63,953 nucleotides of DNA, filler included, from Welwitschia mirabilis (GCA_051453625.1; 5 parts of one record of this genome joined end to end with filler, not necessarily neighbours in it), one strand, 5' to 3'; positions 38,848 to 53,305 are shown, numbered from the whole stretch's first letter. Made by a program: numbers and translations. The notes: a model not told the origin generated them from the letters alone.

Positions 38848-41017
38848 AAAATACCTTGTTGAAATCAATTCTCTAACTTCTAGCCTAGTGCCTTCAATGG
38901 ATTATGACATTTGGGTTAACTCCTGTCTATACTAGTGTTTTTTTTTTGTAAGTATTTGTGATTTATAGGATTTACTTAAGGACTTAAAGATTGCACAAAT
39001 TCACATTGCAACAAGCTCAAGCATAACTATTAAGATATAAACCGTTATCCAATATTCACATGACTATATTATAAGTCAATTAAAAAAATGATCAGTTAGA
39101 GACTACTTATGTTACTTTAACTATTAAGGTAAAAACACTTACAAGCATGCACATTCAAGGTAAGCTAAAGAAAAAGGGTAAAAGGGGTATTTCTATAAAT
39201 AAATATCACTTATAAATAATTTAACTTAAATTTACTTGTAGAAACATATTTTATATACTAGTAAAAACATATTTTATATACTCAATTTTCTTATAAAATT
39301 TTGTGTAATAAATTTTTTAGAATTTTAATCATTAATCATAACATTTTTGTGCTCTAATGAGACATCACAGTTAAAAATTGATAATTAATTATTAATGAAG
39401 CAAAAAATAAATTATAATAGTTTTTAAAAAATTAGACACATAATAGGATTCTTAGAGTCTAACTTAAACTACCTTGAAATTTTAAAAATATTATTCCTAA
39501 GGTTATCATTTAAGGTTAAAAACCATTAAATTTTTTAAAATTATAGTCCTACCACACTAAACTAAAATGACCATAATGTTTAAAATACTTTGGATTTTTA
39601 AGTTATTCAAGTTGTTTTGAAAAGTGTATTCAATTTCCTACAACCTAGGATGCTCAAGTTTGTAGATATGTTAACAGAAAGGTAAAAAATGTAAATTAAT
39701 TACTTATTATTTTCTACATTTATTTTCTAATGTATTTTAACAAATAATTTTTTAAAAAATAATTTCTCATTAGAAAAATTATTATTTTTACATTTTTACA
39801 TTCACAACACAATCTTAGACTACAGAAAAAATTTCACTAATTTATACCTACTAATTAACAAGATATAATGTTTTTATCCCATGCCTCTATTTTGGAAATT
39901 TAATTTTTGCCATAACAAAAATATGATAAAGTTTTTACAACTAGTGAAACAATAACTTAGATCATTAAAATAATGGATATACTAACTAATTACTTATGAT
40001 TCAAGATGTTTTGGAAAGCTTATTCAATTTTCTACAACTTAGTATGCTCAAGTTGACAGATATGTTAACAGATAAATACAGAAATGTAAATTACTTGCTT
40101 ATTGTTTTTTGCATTTATTTTCTAATGTAATAATTTTTTAAAAAATAATTTCCCATAAGAAAAATTATTATTTTTACATTTTCACATTTACAACACAATC
40201 CTAGACTTACAGAAAATTTTCACTAATTTATACCTACTAATTAATAAGATATGATGTTTTTATCACATGCCTGTATTCTGGAAATTTAATCTTCGCTATA
40301 ACAAAAATATGATAAAGTTTTTACAACTAGTTAAACAATGAATTAAATCATTAAAATAATGGATATATAAACTAATTACTTACAAAAAGAAAAATGAATT
40401 ATAGAAAGAAAAATCAGATCAATTCAAAAAAAACCATTTACTAGAATCATTCATGCTAGAACCAAGTTCTCTTACACATCTCAAAAATATAAAAGTCATA
40501 ATATAGTAAATCTACTCATTTATCATTCTTGGTTCTAGGTAAGAGTGCATGTAGTTACTTAAATGCTTATTTATTTCAAAATGTATAAAATCTTCTAATT
40601 ACATAATAGAAGGAATAAAATATTTATTCATAATATAGTACATTTAGGACAATTACTAAGAATCTAAATGAGTAAATAAGATGCAAAATATATTATTATG
40701 TTCCCTTGAAATTTTTAATTTATTAGTTTTATCACATGATTTTAATTCCTCACATAATGGGATTATCTAATTTTAAATGTTTGGATAGATTTTCTTATAA
40801 AATCCTTTTTAACATAATTTTTATCATTTTCATGGTAATTTATAGAGATTAAAAACTAAGCTTAATTTAAAATAACATCTTATTTTAATAAGGGATTTAA
40901 ACAAGAATAATTAATTACTTGATTGAAAGCTTAATATACTTAATATCTAAGTAAATAATGTTTACAAAATATGTGATATGACATATTATGTCCTTTAGCA
41001 TTCTTGGATGCCTTACA
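38848..41017. mobile_element. Long AT-rich LTR-like repeat (possibly Tekay/Del type)
   Basis: Ends ggatgccttACA at 41017. 40460-41017 is an inverted homologue of 57378-57920. Lineage inferred only from the terminal motif. Confidence 0.55.
39603..40382 (+). repeat. Diverged tandem duplication, about 390 bp x2
   Basis: 39603-39996 and 39997-40382 align throughout with scattered substitutions; no gap between the units. Confidence 0.92.
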
Positions 41018-42539
41018 TCTGAAGAATCAGTCCACATCAGAGTGGTCATAAAATAAGAGCATCACTAATTCGCCCTCTTGCTTAAGGCCAGTGGCCTGTG
41101 CTATTAAGTCCAGAGTTATGGAAATCCTCCTATGGCTTACCACAAGCTTCCTCTTAATCACTACTTTCATAGAGTTAAATCTTGGATCCCCTTTTACCTT
41201 TACTAGTGACTCCCATCCTATCTATTGAATCCTACTCTAGAGGTTCTTCCTGTTTCTAAATTTGGAACTTTTTGTCAGCTCATGATGTGAATGCTTCCCT
41301 ATCTTTTTTCCAACTTAATGTCCAAATTATTGCAACTTTCCTTTAAATGATGGAGGTAATAGGTTGCATACTTGGAGCCACCCTAGAGAAGACTCTATTA
41401 TTTCTCACCTTTCCGAAGTACCATGGTACCACTTTGTATCCTTTGTTGGTGTTTCAAAGAATACTATTCGAGGATGCCCCTTTATAAAATTTACTTCATA
41501 CCTTCTTTATGAAGGACAATCCCAAAATAAGTGTTGCTTTAATTCTGCTATTCTATAAGCCTGACACTCCTTTAGGAATTCTAAACCACTCTACCTTAAT
41601 CTCTTCACCTTAGAGATCCTATTCTTTTCAATAAACCATTTAAGGATTTTGTATTTACTAGTGATTCCTTTTTTCCATGCATCTGCTAAACTTTTATTGA
41701 GGTCATACTTCTTTATGAGGATTGCTTTAGGGAATATCCTTCTGCCACCAATCAATTTAATATCTTTTTTCTTGGAAATTAAAATCACCCCCTAGAAAAT
41801 GCTTTCCAAAATTTTAATTGCCTTTTTTATTCTTGAATCATTCCCTTGGTAATGCCTTCTTAGTTTCAATAATGTTTGAATCTCCTTCACACTAGGTCTT
41901 TGACTTCCCCTTTCATTCTTCCTAGCTCTAGGAGGTCCAAAGAGCTCTTCTCATTGATGAACTTCGAAATCGAAAAGGAAATTTTCCCTTCTCCAATAGT
42001 ACAAGTTGCTATTTACTCTAGTTTTTTCTTACCTTTGCATAAAGCTCTTTAGAAGGAGGGAATCCTCCCGTCTTAGTTCCCAATTCTTATATTTTCTTCT
42101 TAATAACTTTTTTCAAGGTATTAATCCCCCTTCTTCTAGCTTTATAATAATTTGTAGTGTGGAAAAAAAAAATGTTGTCTTTCATGTCCTTAATCCCTTA
42201 CCCCCCTGCTTCTACTAATTTAGCTATTTCTTCCCATGTGGGTACATGAAATCTCTTTCCTCCTCTATCTTCTACTCAGATAAAATTCCTAATTAACTGA
42301 TTTAATAAATCCTTTACCTTCTTTAGAAGGGCCTCATAAGAGGCACTATATTTTATAATCATAGAAAGCATGGTGTTTGTAATGATTATTCTCCCTTTAC
42401 TTGAGAGGAAAATTGCTATCAAGGAGTTGCATTACCTCTCGATCCTTAACAGTAATTCTTTACAACTTATTACACTCCTTCATTTGAACATGGATACCCC
42501 TAAATAAATGTGTTTCTCTTTTCTTCATCAATTCCTAAG
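41018..42539 (-). mobile_element. Plant L1-clade LINE ORF2 3' fragment, decayed
   Basis: IYLGVSM..FLSSKG.RIII..LIRNFI*..FHVPTWEEIAKLVEAGG*GIKD..KLLRRKY; then zf-RVT-like ECQAY..E..HLFWDC and WYFGKVRNNRVF. Confidence 0.82.
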
Positions 42540-43733
42540 TGTTACGATCCCAAATTGTCATGTTTTAATGGTATAATTGATGATGTTTTACAGAGAACAG
42601 GAACTTAATTCAGTCATTTTCAGACACTTTGTCATGAACTGATCTAACATTCTAATTATGATATTAAATGCCATATTTTCATCTAGAAAAGCAAGAATTC
42701 AACCAAGGAACAAAGTGGAGTAAAAAGTGGAGGAAAAGACCAACAAAATGACTATCATCCCTATGTCGTCCCCATGAATAGGGCACGATCACATGAATAA
42801 TGTCATATGAGGAAGGCTAGCTTAGGCTAACTTGGTAAGACTGACATGGCTTGCTAACATGGTATCATCTGTAATTTCCATGATAACAAGAGATGACATA
42901 GCCATTAGTTTTCAAATTCAAAGACCAACGAGGTTCTGACATGGTAGGTTATGATTAGCTAATGAAGGGGTATCATGTCCTCTGTCATGCTCATGACGAT
43001 AGTAACATGACAATGTCATAACTTCTTTCTAATCGAGTTAGTTAAGGTCTAGTTTATTCCTAATAATGTCTCTTCATCTATACTAACTTTCCTAACCTGT
43101 AACCACCTTAGAAAAGCTATAAAAACTCCCATTTGACATTATTTGGTCATCTTTTTGGCACTAGAGGATTGGTGAAAAAAAGCATCTAAAGAGTGGAGGG
43201 TCCATTTTAGCATAGAAGAGATCATTCTTAGTGTAAAGGTTATGTTTCTGACATTGAGGAGTCACTACCTTGCTGAGGTATTGTAAGACATTACATTAAT
43301 TTAATAAAATATATTTCTTCTTATTCAAATCTTATGATTTATCTTATGAATTGTGTTAAAGCTTGATTAATACTATTTCTTAGATTAATTTCAAATTATA
43401 CACAAATCATAAGGGCTAAGTTAGATGATAACAACTCAGAAATTTGGTTATCATAGGATTGCATTTCCTTTCTCTTTAATAATTTGCATTGCACAATTAA
43501 AATAGTTGCGTTATCATTTTTTTTTTTTTTGCATGATAAAAACATAAAATTAATTTAAACATTGGATTGAAATTCAAGTTATATTCTTTTTCATTTATGT
43601 ACTTGATTATATGTTACTTTATGCTCTCTAGATTACAACATTTGTTGGTTAATTCATCTTATACTAAGCCTAGTTGTAATTTCCTTGTTTCAAGCATTGA
43701 TTACTTTTAAAGTGAAAATTTAGGCCATAAACA
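42540..43733 (+). repeat. 5' LTR
   Basis: tgttacgatccc..ggccataaaca; colinear with 53569-54766 and the reverse complement of 61262-62455. Confidence 0.93.
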
Positions 43734-44399
43734 TTTTGTTGCCATTATTGGGGAGTGTCATAACAAGCTACTAAGTGCATTAAAATCAAAAATTAAGTGG
43801 ATTAAACTTTTGCTATCATTATTTCTGTTTACTTTTGGTTTTTATCTAATACCTATTGGTGCAATCTACTTGCCTTGAGGAGATTACCTAAAGAAATCTA
43901 CTTGCCTTTTGATCAAAGGCAAGATTATCTCTAAGGTCTACCCCTATCTAAGTAAGATTATTCACCTTTAGAAGGTAACACATTATTTTCACTTGTTTTT
44001 TATGTTGTATGTCATTTTTGATTATAAATTGTCTCTTCTTTTCTTATTCTCTTTTTATGTAATAATTTCCCCTTTTTAGGTCTACCTTCTTGCACTTTGT
44101 GTGATCTAGAAGAATTACCCATAGCAAGAATCCTTCTGGTATCTTTTTCTTAGGTCTTAAATGGAGATTCCAAGAAGAAACATCACTCTTAATCATTGGA
44201 TCCACTCCTTGCATTTTAATGTGATCTTGAAAATTACCTACAATGGTTTTGAATTTAAAGGTTGGTACGTTTTCAATGTGAAAAGCAATTTTTAAAAGTA
44301 TCAATTTAAGAAGGTATACAAATTTATAATTCAAGTACTATAAGTAAGAAATTTTTTATTTCTAAATTTGATCAATCAGATTTACTAAAAGATAGCAAT

Positions 44400-47300
44400 T
44401 TACATGCTGAAAATTTTTCATTTTCTATTGATTCATCTTTTATAATTTTTAAGTCCCCTCTTGAAACAAAAGCTACCTCTTCTGTTACAAGTCCTTCTAG
44501 GCTTAATTTTAATTCTTTAGCAAATAAAGTTTCAACTTTGCATTCTTTGAATAATAAATGTATAAATCAGAATCCTTCAACTCCCATAATATCTATAATT
44601 TCTAGAGGTTCCCAACCAACTCTCAAGGATAAATATGAAACAAAACTTAGAGAAACTCATAATCCTTTTGATCTTCCTGTTGGGGATGATATAGAAATTA
44701 AAAATCTTAATGCCTATCCCTCTTTTTGTGGAGAAATTCCTAAAGATTCTTATAAACATATTGCTGCCATTGAATAATTTATGCTCATGTGTAATGAAAA
44801 GAAATCTATAATTGATAGAAATTACATAATAGTATTCCCTTACACATTTAGTGGAAAAGAAAATAACTAGCTTAAAACCTTACCCCATACAAGTCTCAAA
44901 ACTTGGAAGGCTGCCAAAGAAAGCTTCATCAAAAGATTCCTTAATAGAAATACCTTGAGGTAAAGACATTGTGAGGTAGCAAATTTTCAATAGAAAGACA
45001 ATGAGGACTATGCTTCCTCTTGGGAAAGATTCCTAATTTTAGTTTTAGCTAATCCCATATATGAATTTCAAAAAGAAGAATTATTTTACCATTTTTATAA
45101 TGCCTTACTAGTGTAATAAAACAAATGGTAGATCTTTCTTGTGGAGGGAGTTTATTTTAACACACAACTAAAGAAGCATGGCAACATTTACAAGACTTAG
45201 TTAAACTTAGCTAAGCATGGCCTAAGCCTAGAAAAAAGAAAATACTTGAATAATCTTTCAGGGAAATCCATCATGCCAAACATTGAGAGGGAAAATAAAA
45301 ACAACACATGTATGAATAAGAAGACAATAGTAATAGTGATAGCCCACTTGTAAGGAGAATGGTTAATGCAATCTAAAAGGTGAAATTAGTAAAGTTCCAT
45401 ACCCCATCAACTCTTACTTGTAAATTATGTGAAGAAAACCACGTAGTCACTAAATGCCTATTTTGGCCAACTGTGAAGGAATTAGCAAGGAAAAGAGTGT
45501 GCTATGCCAATCAATCAGACCCTAATCACTAAATGGACCTTACCATAATGAGAAAAGGCCTTACCATCAACCAGGTTCTTCCTTTAAACTTGAGTATAAA
45601 CCATCCTTCAAACAATGATACAACCAAAGATCTGAAGAATACAATCCATATAAAGAGGATCCCATTAAGGAAGCTCTGATAGAAATAAGAGACATTCAAG
45701 AACAACCACATAAGAGTATTAAGTAAACACAAAAAATCATATAAGATTTGGCAAGAATTATGCAACAAATTATGTTAGCTAACTAGAGATCACAAGGCAC
45801 ATTAGCTTCCAATACATTACTTACCCCAATGATGTGAAGAAAGATTAAAAGGTAGTCACTTAAAAAGGAACTACTACTTCACTTGAAGAGCCATCTAGAA
45901 GTGATAACATTGAAAGAAAAAAGGATGAAGATGTAGAAATCCTTGATGAAATACCCTTTCTTTCCACTTCCACTTTAATAAACAAGAATGAAACACCAAA
46001 CAAAAGAAGAAAATATCTTACCCCTTGGTTAGATAGATTCAACTCTAATCTAGCTTATGATAAGGATATCAAAATAATAATAAAGGATGGTAATGTCACA
46101 CTACCCTTTTGACACATACTTCAAGACAATCCTAAGTATGTCAAAGTATGGAAGGACCTTTGTAGGAGGAATAAAAAACATACATTACCAAGTAGAGTGT
46201 TTTTATCCTAACCTATGACCAACTTGATGACGCAAAAATTTTTAAAATTCAAAAATCCAGGGGTAACAACCATTAGTATGATCTTAGAAGGCACTAAAAA
46301 NNNNNNNNNNATGTCTATTCATATCTATAAAAAGTTTGGATTAGAAAGTAGAATTGAATCAATAACAATTATTTTGAAAATGTCTGATTTAATACTAAGA
46401 AAGACACTTAGAATTATTAAAGATTTGGTTATCCAAATAGAGAAAGTCTACTATCCCATTAATGTCATAATCATTGAAATTGATCACAATGATGGATACC
46501 CCTTGCTTTTAGGTAGAGCTTTTTATGCTACTGCCCACTGCATTATAGACACTAGAGCTTGAACCATGTAACTTCATGTTGATAGTAAAAATATTTAAGT
46601 TTAAGTCTTTAATGTAGCAAAAAAGGACAGAAGGGATCTAAATGATGAGTTACGTGAATATGTTAGATCAACAATATTTGTAGCTTATTATTTACTTGAA
46701 TTAAAGGCCCTCACCTATGAACAACTAATTGTTTTTGATGATATGAAGGAATTCTTAGGTAGTCTTAATTCCATCAACCCTTGTGAACTTGATAGTAACA
46801 TGCAACCTTTGATGAAAGACCCATTTGAGAACATCACCACTCAAGGAATTAAGAAAGGTAAAGCCATGGAGATAAGTTTTGATGAGGATGGTTATGCAAC
46901 TTCAAATAGGCATGAAGAAATCAACTCTGAGATGAATTTGAAGGAGCTTAGAAAGGGATTGAAATACATTTTTATCAATAACAATCCTAAAAAGCACCCT
47001 AATCATTAGTAGACATATTTACCCCAAAGCTAAGCAAGCATTAGTATCACTCCTAAATCTAAATCTGAAGCTTTTACTTAGAGTTAAAAGAACCTATCTC
47101 CTATGCCACTACATATTGTGCAACACAAGATATACCTAGAGGATAATTTAAAATACATAAGGAAATGTTAAATATGTTTAAATCCAATACTAAAATAAGT
47201 TGTTAAGGATGAGATTATTAAACTTTTAGATGTTGACATAATTTATTCTATAAGCGATAGTGAGTGGTTTAGCTTATTAACTATAGTACCTAAGAAAGGT

Positions 47301-49239
47301 GGTAAGTGAAGAGTGTGCATAGAATTCAGAACACTTAATGAAGTCACTAAAAAGAAACATTGCCCTCTCCCTTTTCTTAATCAAGTATTGGATAGAATAC
47401 AAGAACATGCATTCTACTATTTCCTTGATGGGTATATTGGATACAACCAAGTATGTATTGCAAATGAATATCAAGAAAAGACTACTTTCACCTCCCTTTT
47501 TAGTACTTATGCTTTTAGAAGGATGCCTTTCAGTTTATGCAATGCTCTAGGTACCTTTCAACATGTGATGATGGGAATTTTTATTGACCTTGTAGAAAAA
47601 TCCATTAAAATTTTCATGGATGATTTTTTAGTCTTTGAAGATTGTTTTGATCAAACTTTGAATTACATAGCACAAATCTTAGAATGATGTATTAAAAGTG
47701 GACTTCACCTTAGTGGGGAAAAGATTTATTTCATGGTTAGTGAAGGGATAGTTTTAGGACATTATATTTCAATAAGAGGTATACAAATGAACACATCAAA
47801 AATTGATGTCAGAAAAATCTTCCACCCCCTTTTAACATAAAACAAATTCAATCATTTTTGAGAAATTGTGGATTTTATCATAGATTCATTGAAGGATATG
47901 CAACAATTTGTAAGTCACTTCATCAACGTCTAGAAAATAATGTTAAATGTAAATGGAGTAATAAATGCCAATAAGCCTTTGAAAATCTTAAAATTACCAT
48001 TACCAATGAACCCATAGTGAGTGGACTAGATTGGAATAAGAACTTTGAGTTAATGTGTGATGCTAGTAATCTTTCTTTAGGTGAGGTATTTGGGAAAAAA
48101 CATGAGAAAGGGATGAAAGTCATTAGTTACATTAGTAAAATTCTTTATGGTGCTCAACTCAACTACTCAACTACTGAAAAGGAGATGCTAGTAATTATCT
48201 TTTGTCTAGACAAACTTTAACATTACCTCCTCGGTTTTCACACTTATGTTTACAGAGATCATGTGGCCATTAGATATTTAATGATAAAGAAAGATTCTAG
48301 TACATGCTTAATATGATGGGTACTTTGGTTATAAGGATTAAATTTGATAATAGTAGACAAGACACGAAAATAAAATTTAGTAGCTAATCATCTTTCTAGA
48401 CTTCCTTTCGATACTTCTCCTAATACTGATCAACCTATTTATGATGATTTCATAGATGAAAAACTTTTTATGGTTGAACAATTTTATGAAGTATTTTTAA
48501 AACAACTTGCTCCTTGGTATGTTGATATTATAAATTATCTTGTCACACTTCAAACACCTTCTCATTAGAATAAAAACCAATGAAAATATTTTCTCTATAG
48601 GATAAATGATTATGAATGGATTGAACCTCCTCTATATAGGTGATGCAAAGATCAAATCATGTATAAATGTGTTTCCAAACGGGAGTGAAAAGACATTCTT
48701 ATTCTTTGTCATGGGGGAGTTTGTGGAGGTTACTTTAGTGGCCAAAAGACTGCTATGAAAATCTTAAAATCAGAATTCTATTGGTCCTTTATATTCAAAG
48801 ATTCCTTTGACTTCACTAGGAAATGTGATTCTTGTCAATGATCTAGAGGTCTTACTTGAACTTATGACATGTCTCTTATACCTATTTTGAAATGTGAACC
48901 TTTTGATTATTAGAGTATATACTTTGTAGAACCTCTCAAACCCCCTTCATGTGAAAAGAATTATATCTTAGTGGTAGTCAATTATGTAATAAAATGGGTT
49001 GAAGCTATTCCTACACAGACTTATGATGCTAAAACTATTTGCCATTTTCTTAGATCAAACATATTTCAAATATTTGGATTTCCTAGGATTGTTATTTTTG
49101 ATTAAGGTACCTAAGTTCTTAAGAAGATCCTTAGGAAACTATTACTTTTAGTTGGGATTAAACATTGTATAGCTAACTCATACCATCCCCAATCAAATGG
49201 GCAAGCTGAAAATGCTAATCGTGAGATCAAGAAAGTACT
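44400..49239 (+). pseudogene. Athila gag-pol with many stops and frameshifts
   Basis: Gag (YPSFCGE..SWERF), PR (KFKNPG..PLLLGRAF), RT (CIEFRTLNEVTKK..LDGYIGYNQ..FMDDF), RNase H (FELMCDAS..NYSTTEKEML), INT (CHGGVCGG..YHPQSNGQAE). Confidence 0.93.
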
Positions 49240-52083
49240 NNNNNNNNNNNNNNNNNNNNNNNNNNNNNNNNNNNNNNNNNNNNNNNNNNNNNNNNNNNNN
49301 NNNNNNNNNNNNNNNNNNNNNNNNNNNNNNNNNNNNNNNNNNNNNNNNNNNNNNNNNNNNNNNNNNNNNNNNNNNNNNNNNNNNNNNNNNNNNNNNNNNN
49401 NNNNNNNNNNNNNNNNNNNNNNNNNNNNNNNNNNNNNNNNNNNNNNNNNNNNNNNNNNNNNNNNNNNNNNNNNNNNNNNNNNNNNNNNNNNNNNNNNNNN
49501 NNNNNNNNNNNNNNNNNNNNNNNNNNNNNNNNNNNNNNNNNNNNNNNNNNNNNNNNNNNNNNNNNNNNNNNNNNNNNNNNNNNNNNNNNNNNNNNNNNNN
49601 NNNNNNNNNNNNNNNNNNNNNNNNNNNNNNNNNNNNNNNNNNNNNNNNNNNNNNNNNNNNNNNNNNNNNNNNNNNNNNNNNNNNNNNNNNNNNNNNNNNN
49701 NNNNNNNNNNNNNNNNNNNNNNNNNNNNNNNNNNNNNNNNNNNNNNNNNNNNNNNNNNNNNNNNNNNNNNNNNNNNNNNNNNNNNNNNNNNNNNNNNNNN
49801 NNNNNNNNNNNNNNNNNNNNNNNNNNNNNNNNNNNNNNNNNNNNNNNNNNNNNNNNNNNNNNNNNNNNNNNNNNNNNNNNNNNNNNNNNNNNNNNNNNNN
49901 NNNNNNNNNNNNNNNNNNNNNNNNNNNNNNNNNNNNNNNNNNNNNNNNNNNNNNNNNNNNNNNNNNNNNNNNNNNNNNNNNNNNNNNNNNNNNNNNNNNN
50001 NNNNNNNNNNNNNNNNNNNNNNNNNNNNNNNNNNNNNNNNNNNNNNNNNNNNNNNNNNNNNNNNNNNNNNNNNNNNNNNNNNNNNNNNNNNNNNNNNNNN
50101 NNNNNNNNNNNNNNNNNNNNNNNNNNNNNNNNNNNNNNNNNNNNNNNNNNNNNNNNNNNNNNNNNCACCTATGGGATAGTTAATCATGATCGGGTTTTTA
50201 CCTGTGAATCCCTTCTCTTATAGAATTGGTTAAACCTCCCTTACCATGAAGAATAGTGTCTCTTAACACTCAATATCCCTCTTTAAATAAAACACTTAAA
50301 AAGGGGAAAAGGAGGAAGAAAAAGAAAGAAGAAGGAAAATAAAAAACACTCAAAATTTATATGACTACCTTAATGAGCATCTCTTCATAATTAATTACTT
50401 TTGAATCTATTATCTTTAAGCATTATGTCATGTGTATCTTTCACATTAATTAATCTAATAATTATCCTATGTGGGTCTTGTTAGATTGACATCTAGAATA
50501 AAAAGAACCAATCTTCTGTGTGTTCTTTAAATTCATTTCTTTCATAATTTCATAATTAAGTCAAAAAATACTAAAACCAAATTGCATAACTTAAATTTCT
50601 TATTGAATTTAGTTCTTTATCTAAGTTAAGTTATCTATCATAGACTTTATGCATTCTATCATTCAATTACTGGCCTTGGAAAATATTATGAACATGTTAA
50701 GGCTCAATTTTTTTTGCATTTCAAATTACAATGTCTAGTTTTTATCTCTTTATTACCTTACAACACATTTTTACCTCAAATATTGTGCTTAACATTGATT
50801 AATATTTCCTGATATCTATATGATTATCTCACTTGAAATTCTGCACTTATCTTTTGCATTTACATTCAAAGTATCTATTGTTTTATATGTCATTCCTATG
50901 ACAAGGGCCATGATAGTTGTTGACAATTATTGTACCTGATGTCATCTCCATAATAAAGTAGATAATATAAAAATTCAAGATATGGTAAATTAATTGCATA
51001 ATTCATTATCCTTATCCTTGTCTTAGCTAGAAAACCTAATGGCACTTCAATTTGGATGGGTGTAACCTTGAGAAAATCGCTAAAACATCAAAATTTTATT
51101 AGACATTTTTATTAGATGTCTTCAAATGCTATTTTTGGCCAATTTGGGAAATTGAGCCTTTTCACTAGATTCTTCATAGATCACTGACTCAAGATCCATG
51201 ATTTATTTTCAACTTTAAGCCTAATTTAATTAAAATTTTAAATCCTACCTTCATAATATTGGCATTTTCACAAGTTTTAATCACTATGTTATATTTCATA
51301 AAAATTGAATTAAAAATTGAAATGCCCTCCATTCTTAAGGTACAACTTTAAAATATAGATTCAATTTGAATTTGGGAAGGCTGTTATTCGATACGTCATC
51401 CCCATAACATAGGGGACGACGACTATGATGCACTCAATTATTTTGTATCATCATACCTCATGTCATCTCCACGACATAGTAAGTGATACATATGTTATTG
51501 CTTATGTCATCCACATAACATGAGGGATGACAACGTGACAGGATTTTTATAAACTCCTTTTTCTCCCTCATTTTCACACTAAATCTTATGCCACTCTTCT
51601 CCTCTGACTTATCTCAAGTGCCTCACCATCTGTTTAGATTTGGAGTTATTAATTATGAGTAATTCAATCATATTCCATTAAAATGAGGTAATTCTTCACT
51701 TGTCCTATGGTTTAAATTTTTGAATTTTGCTCATTTCACTCATTGTATGCTGTATTAAATGATTTATTTTCAAAGCCACCTATATTTTTAGTCAATCTAT
51801 AGTTAGAAACTTACAAAATTGAGTTTGATCCATTACATTCAAAGTTATGAGTATTTTCTCCTAAAATTCCATGTTTTTTATTTTTTGAATTTTTTATTTA
51901 TTATGCACTTAATTTATAATAGTTTTTGCCATGTAAGGTATCAAATCTATCCTTTTTTTATTATCTATGATCTGGTTCTTATGGAAGAACATTTGGTTGC
52001 CTATAAATGAAGTTATAAATTTTTTTCCATTTTTCATAAATGGCACATATGTATTTTGTATATTTCTTCATGCAATAACATAG

Positions 52084-53305
52084 GTGCATCCTCTTCTCGA
52101 ACCCACACATGCTTTGCTGCTACTTGGGCATTAGAACAACAAGAATAAGAGGCTATTCTCCAAGAGCAGAGGCATAGCCTTGCTACTATCATTTACTAGA
52201 GGGAGATGCATTTTGGTGATTACATTTATAGACTTGAGCCTGACTTAGACCATGTACTAGAGGAGCTTGTTATTCAAGACTAGTTATTATATGCTCATAG
52301 CTCTTACTATAAGGTTAAGATTATTTAGTTCTACCAGACCTTTGAGGTTATCTCGTCCACTAGGGAGGATGGTCATGTTATGACCAGATCAAAGCCATTA
52401 TAGGAGGATGTCGTATATATATCAAGCTGCAGCACATCGCAATCATCACAGGGCTTTCCAAAGATGGGGAAATGATTGATCTTGATGGAGGTTAGTTAAA
52501 GAGAAAAACTTATTTTGTCTAACTAGATTTACCATATTTTGCAAGTAATGATCAGTAAGGGATCAATGTGACATATTTTCCTTCTTATTACTACATTCTT
52601 TACCAAGCCATTATCCATAACATAGCTTCAGTTCATCATAACTCACATGATATGATTACCCATCTTCAAATTTTAGGCCATATTCAATTGATAAAGAGGA
52701 TGGATTTAGCTACCTTCATCTAGTACTGATTGAGATGGATGAGCATCTAGTGCCAATTTTCTACTATTTCTCATCCCTGTCTACTGAGTGCTCTCTTTTG
52801 ATGATTTAAGATCCTCATTCTAGCAGATACACCCCACTTAGTTTATATTATAGCTGATGATATATATTTTGGATAACTGGGAATAAAGATACCTGGTATG
52901 GCTTCACCAGCTCCTAGTGAGGCGCCTACAGCTCAACCACCTCCTCATGGAAAGCCTCAGGCAGTAGGAGGAATCACTCTAGATTAAATCACTACATTAT
53001 TAGGAGGGATGTAGTAGATGATATATTCATGACTTGATTAGTTAGAGGCACACATCTGCACTGTAGAGGAGCAGAGTCAAGCTACCTTAAAGAGGGTGAT
53101 TGATATTCATTAGGATACTTCGGTGAGAATCCCTAAGGTAGTTCATGTCCATAATAATGCGACCACATCTATCTTATAGGAGTACATCTTCCATTTCATT
53201 CTAGATATTGAGGATCCTATCATTGAGCCACCTATGGAGATATGTGGGAAGGGAGAAACTGACATGGATGTTGAGTTTCGGTCCTCTCCACAAAGGGACC
53301 CATAA
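52084..53305 (+). pseudogene. Decayed extra ORF between pol and the 3' LTR (Athila env-like)
   Basis: GC-richer, codon-like tract of ~400 codons: II*FYQTF..IIGG..IAIITGL..ILYQAIIHNIASVHH..MDLATFI..HPCLLSALF, then a Pro-rich linker and a coiled-coil-like segment; ends TAA at 53305. Confidence 0.72.
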
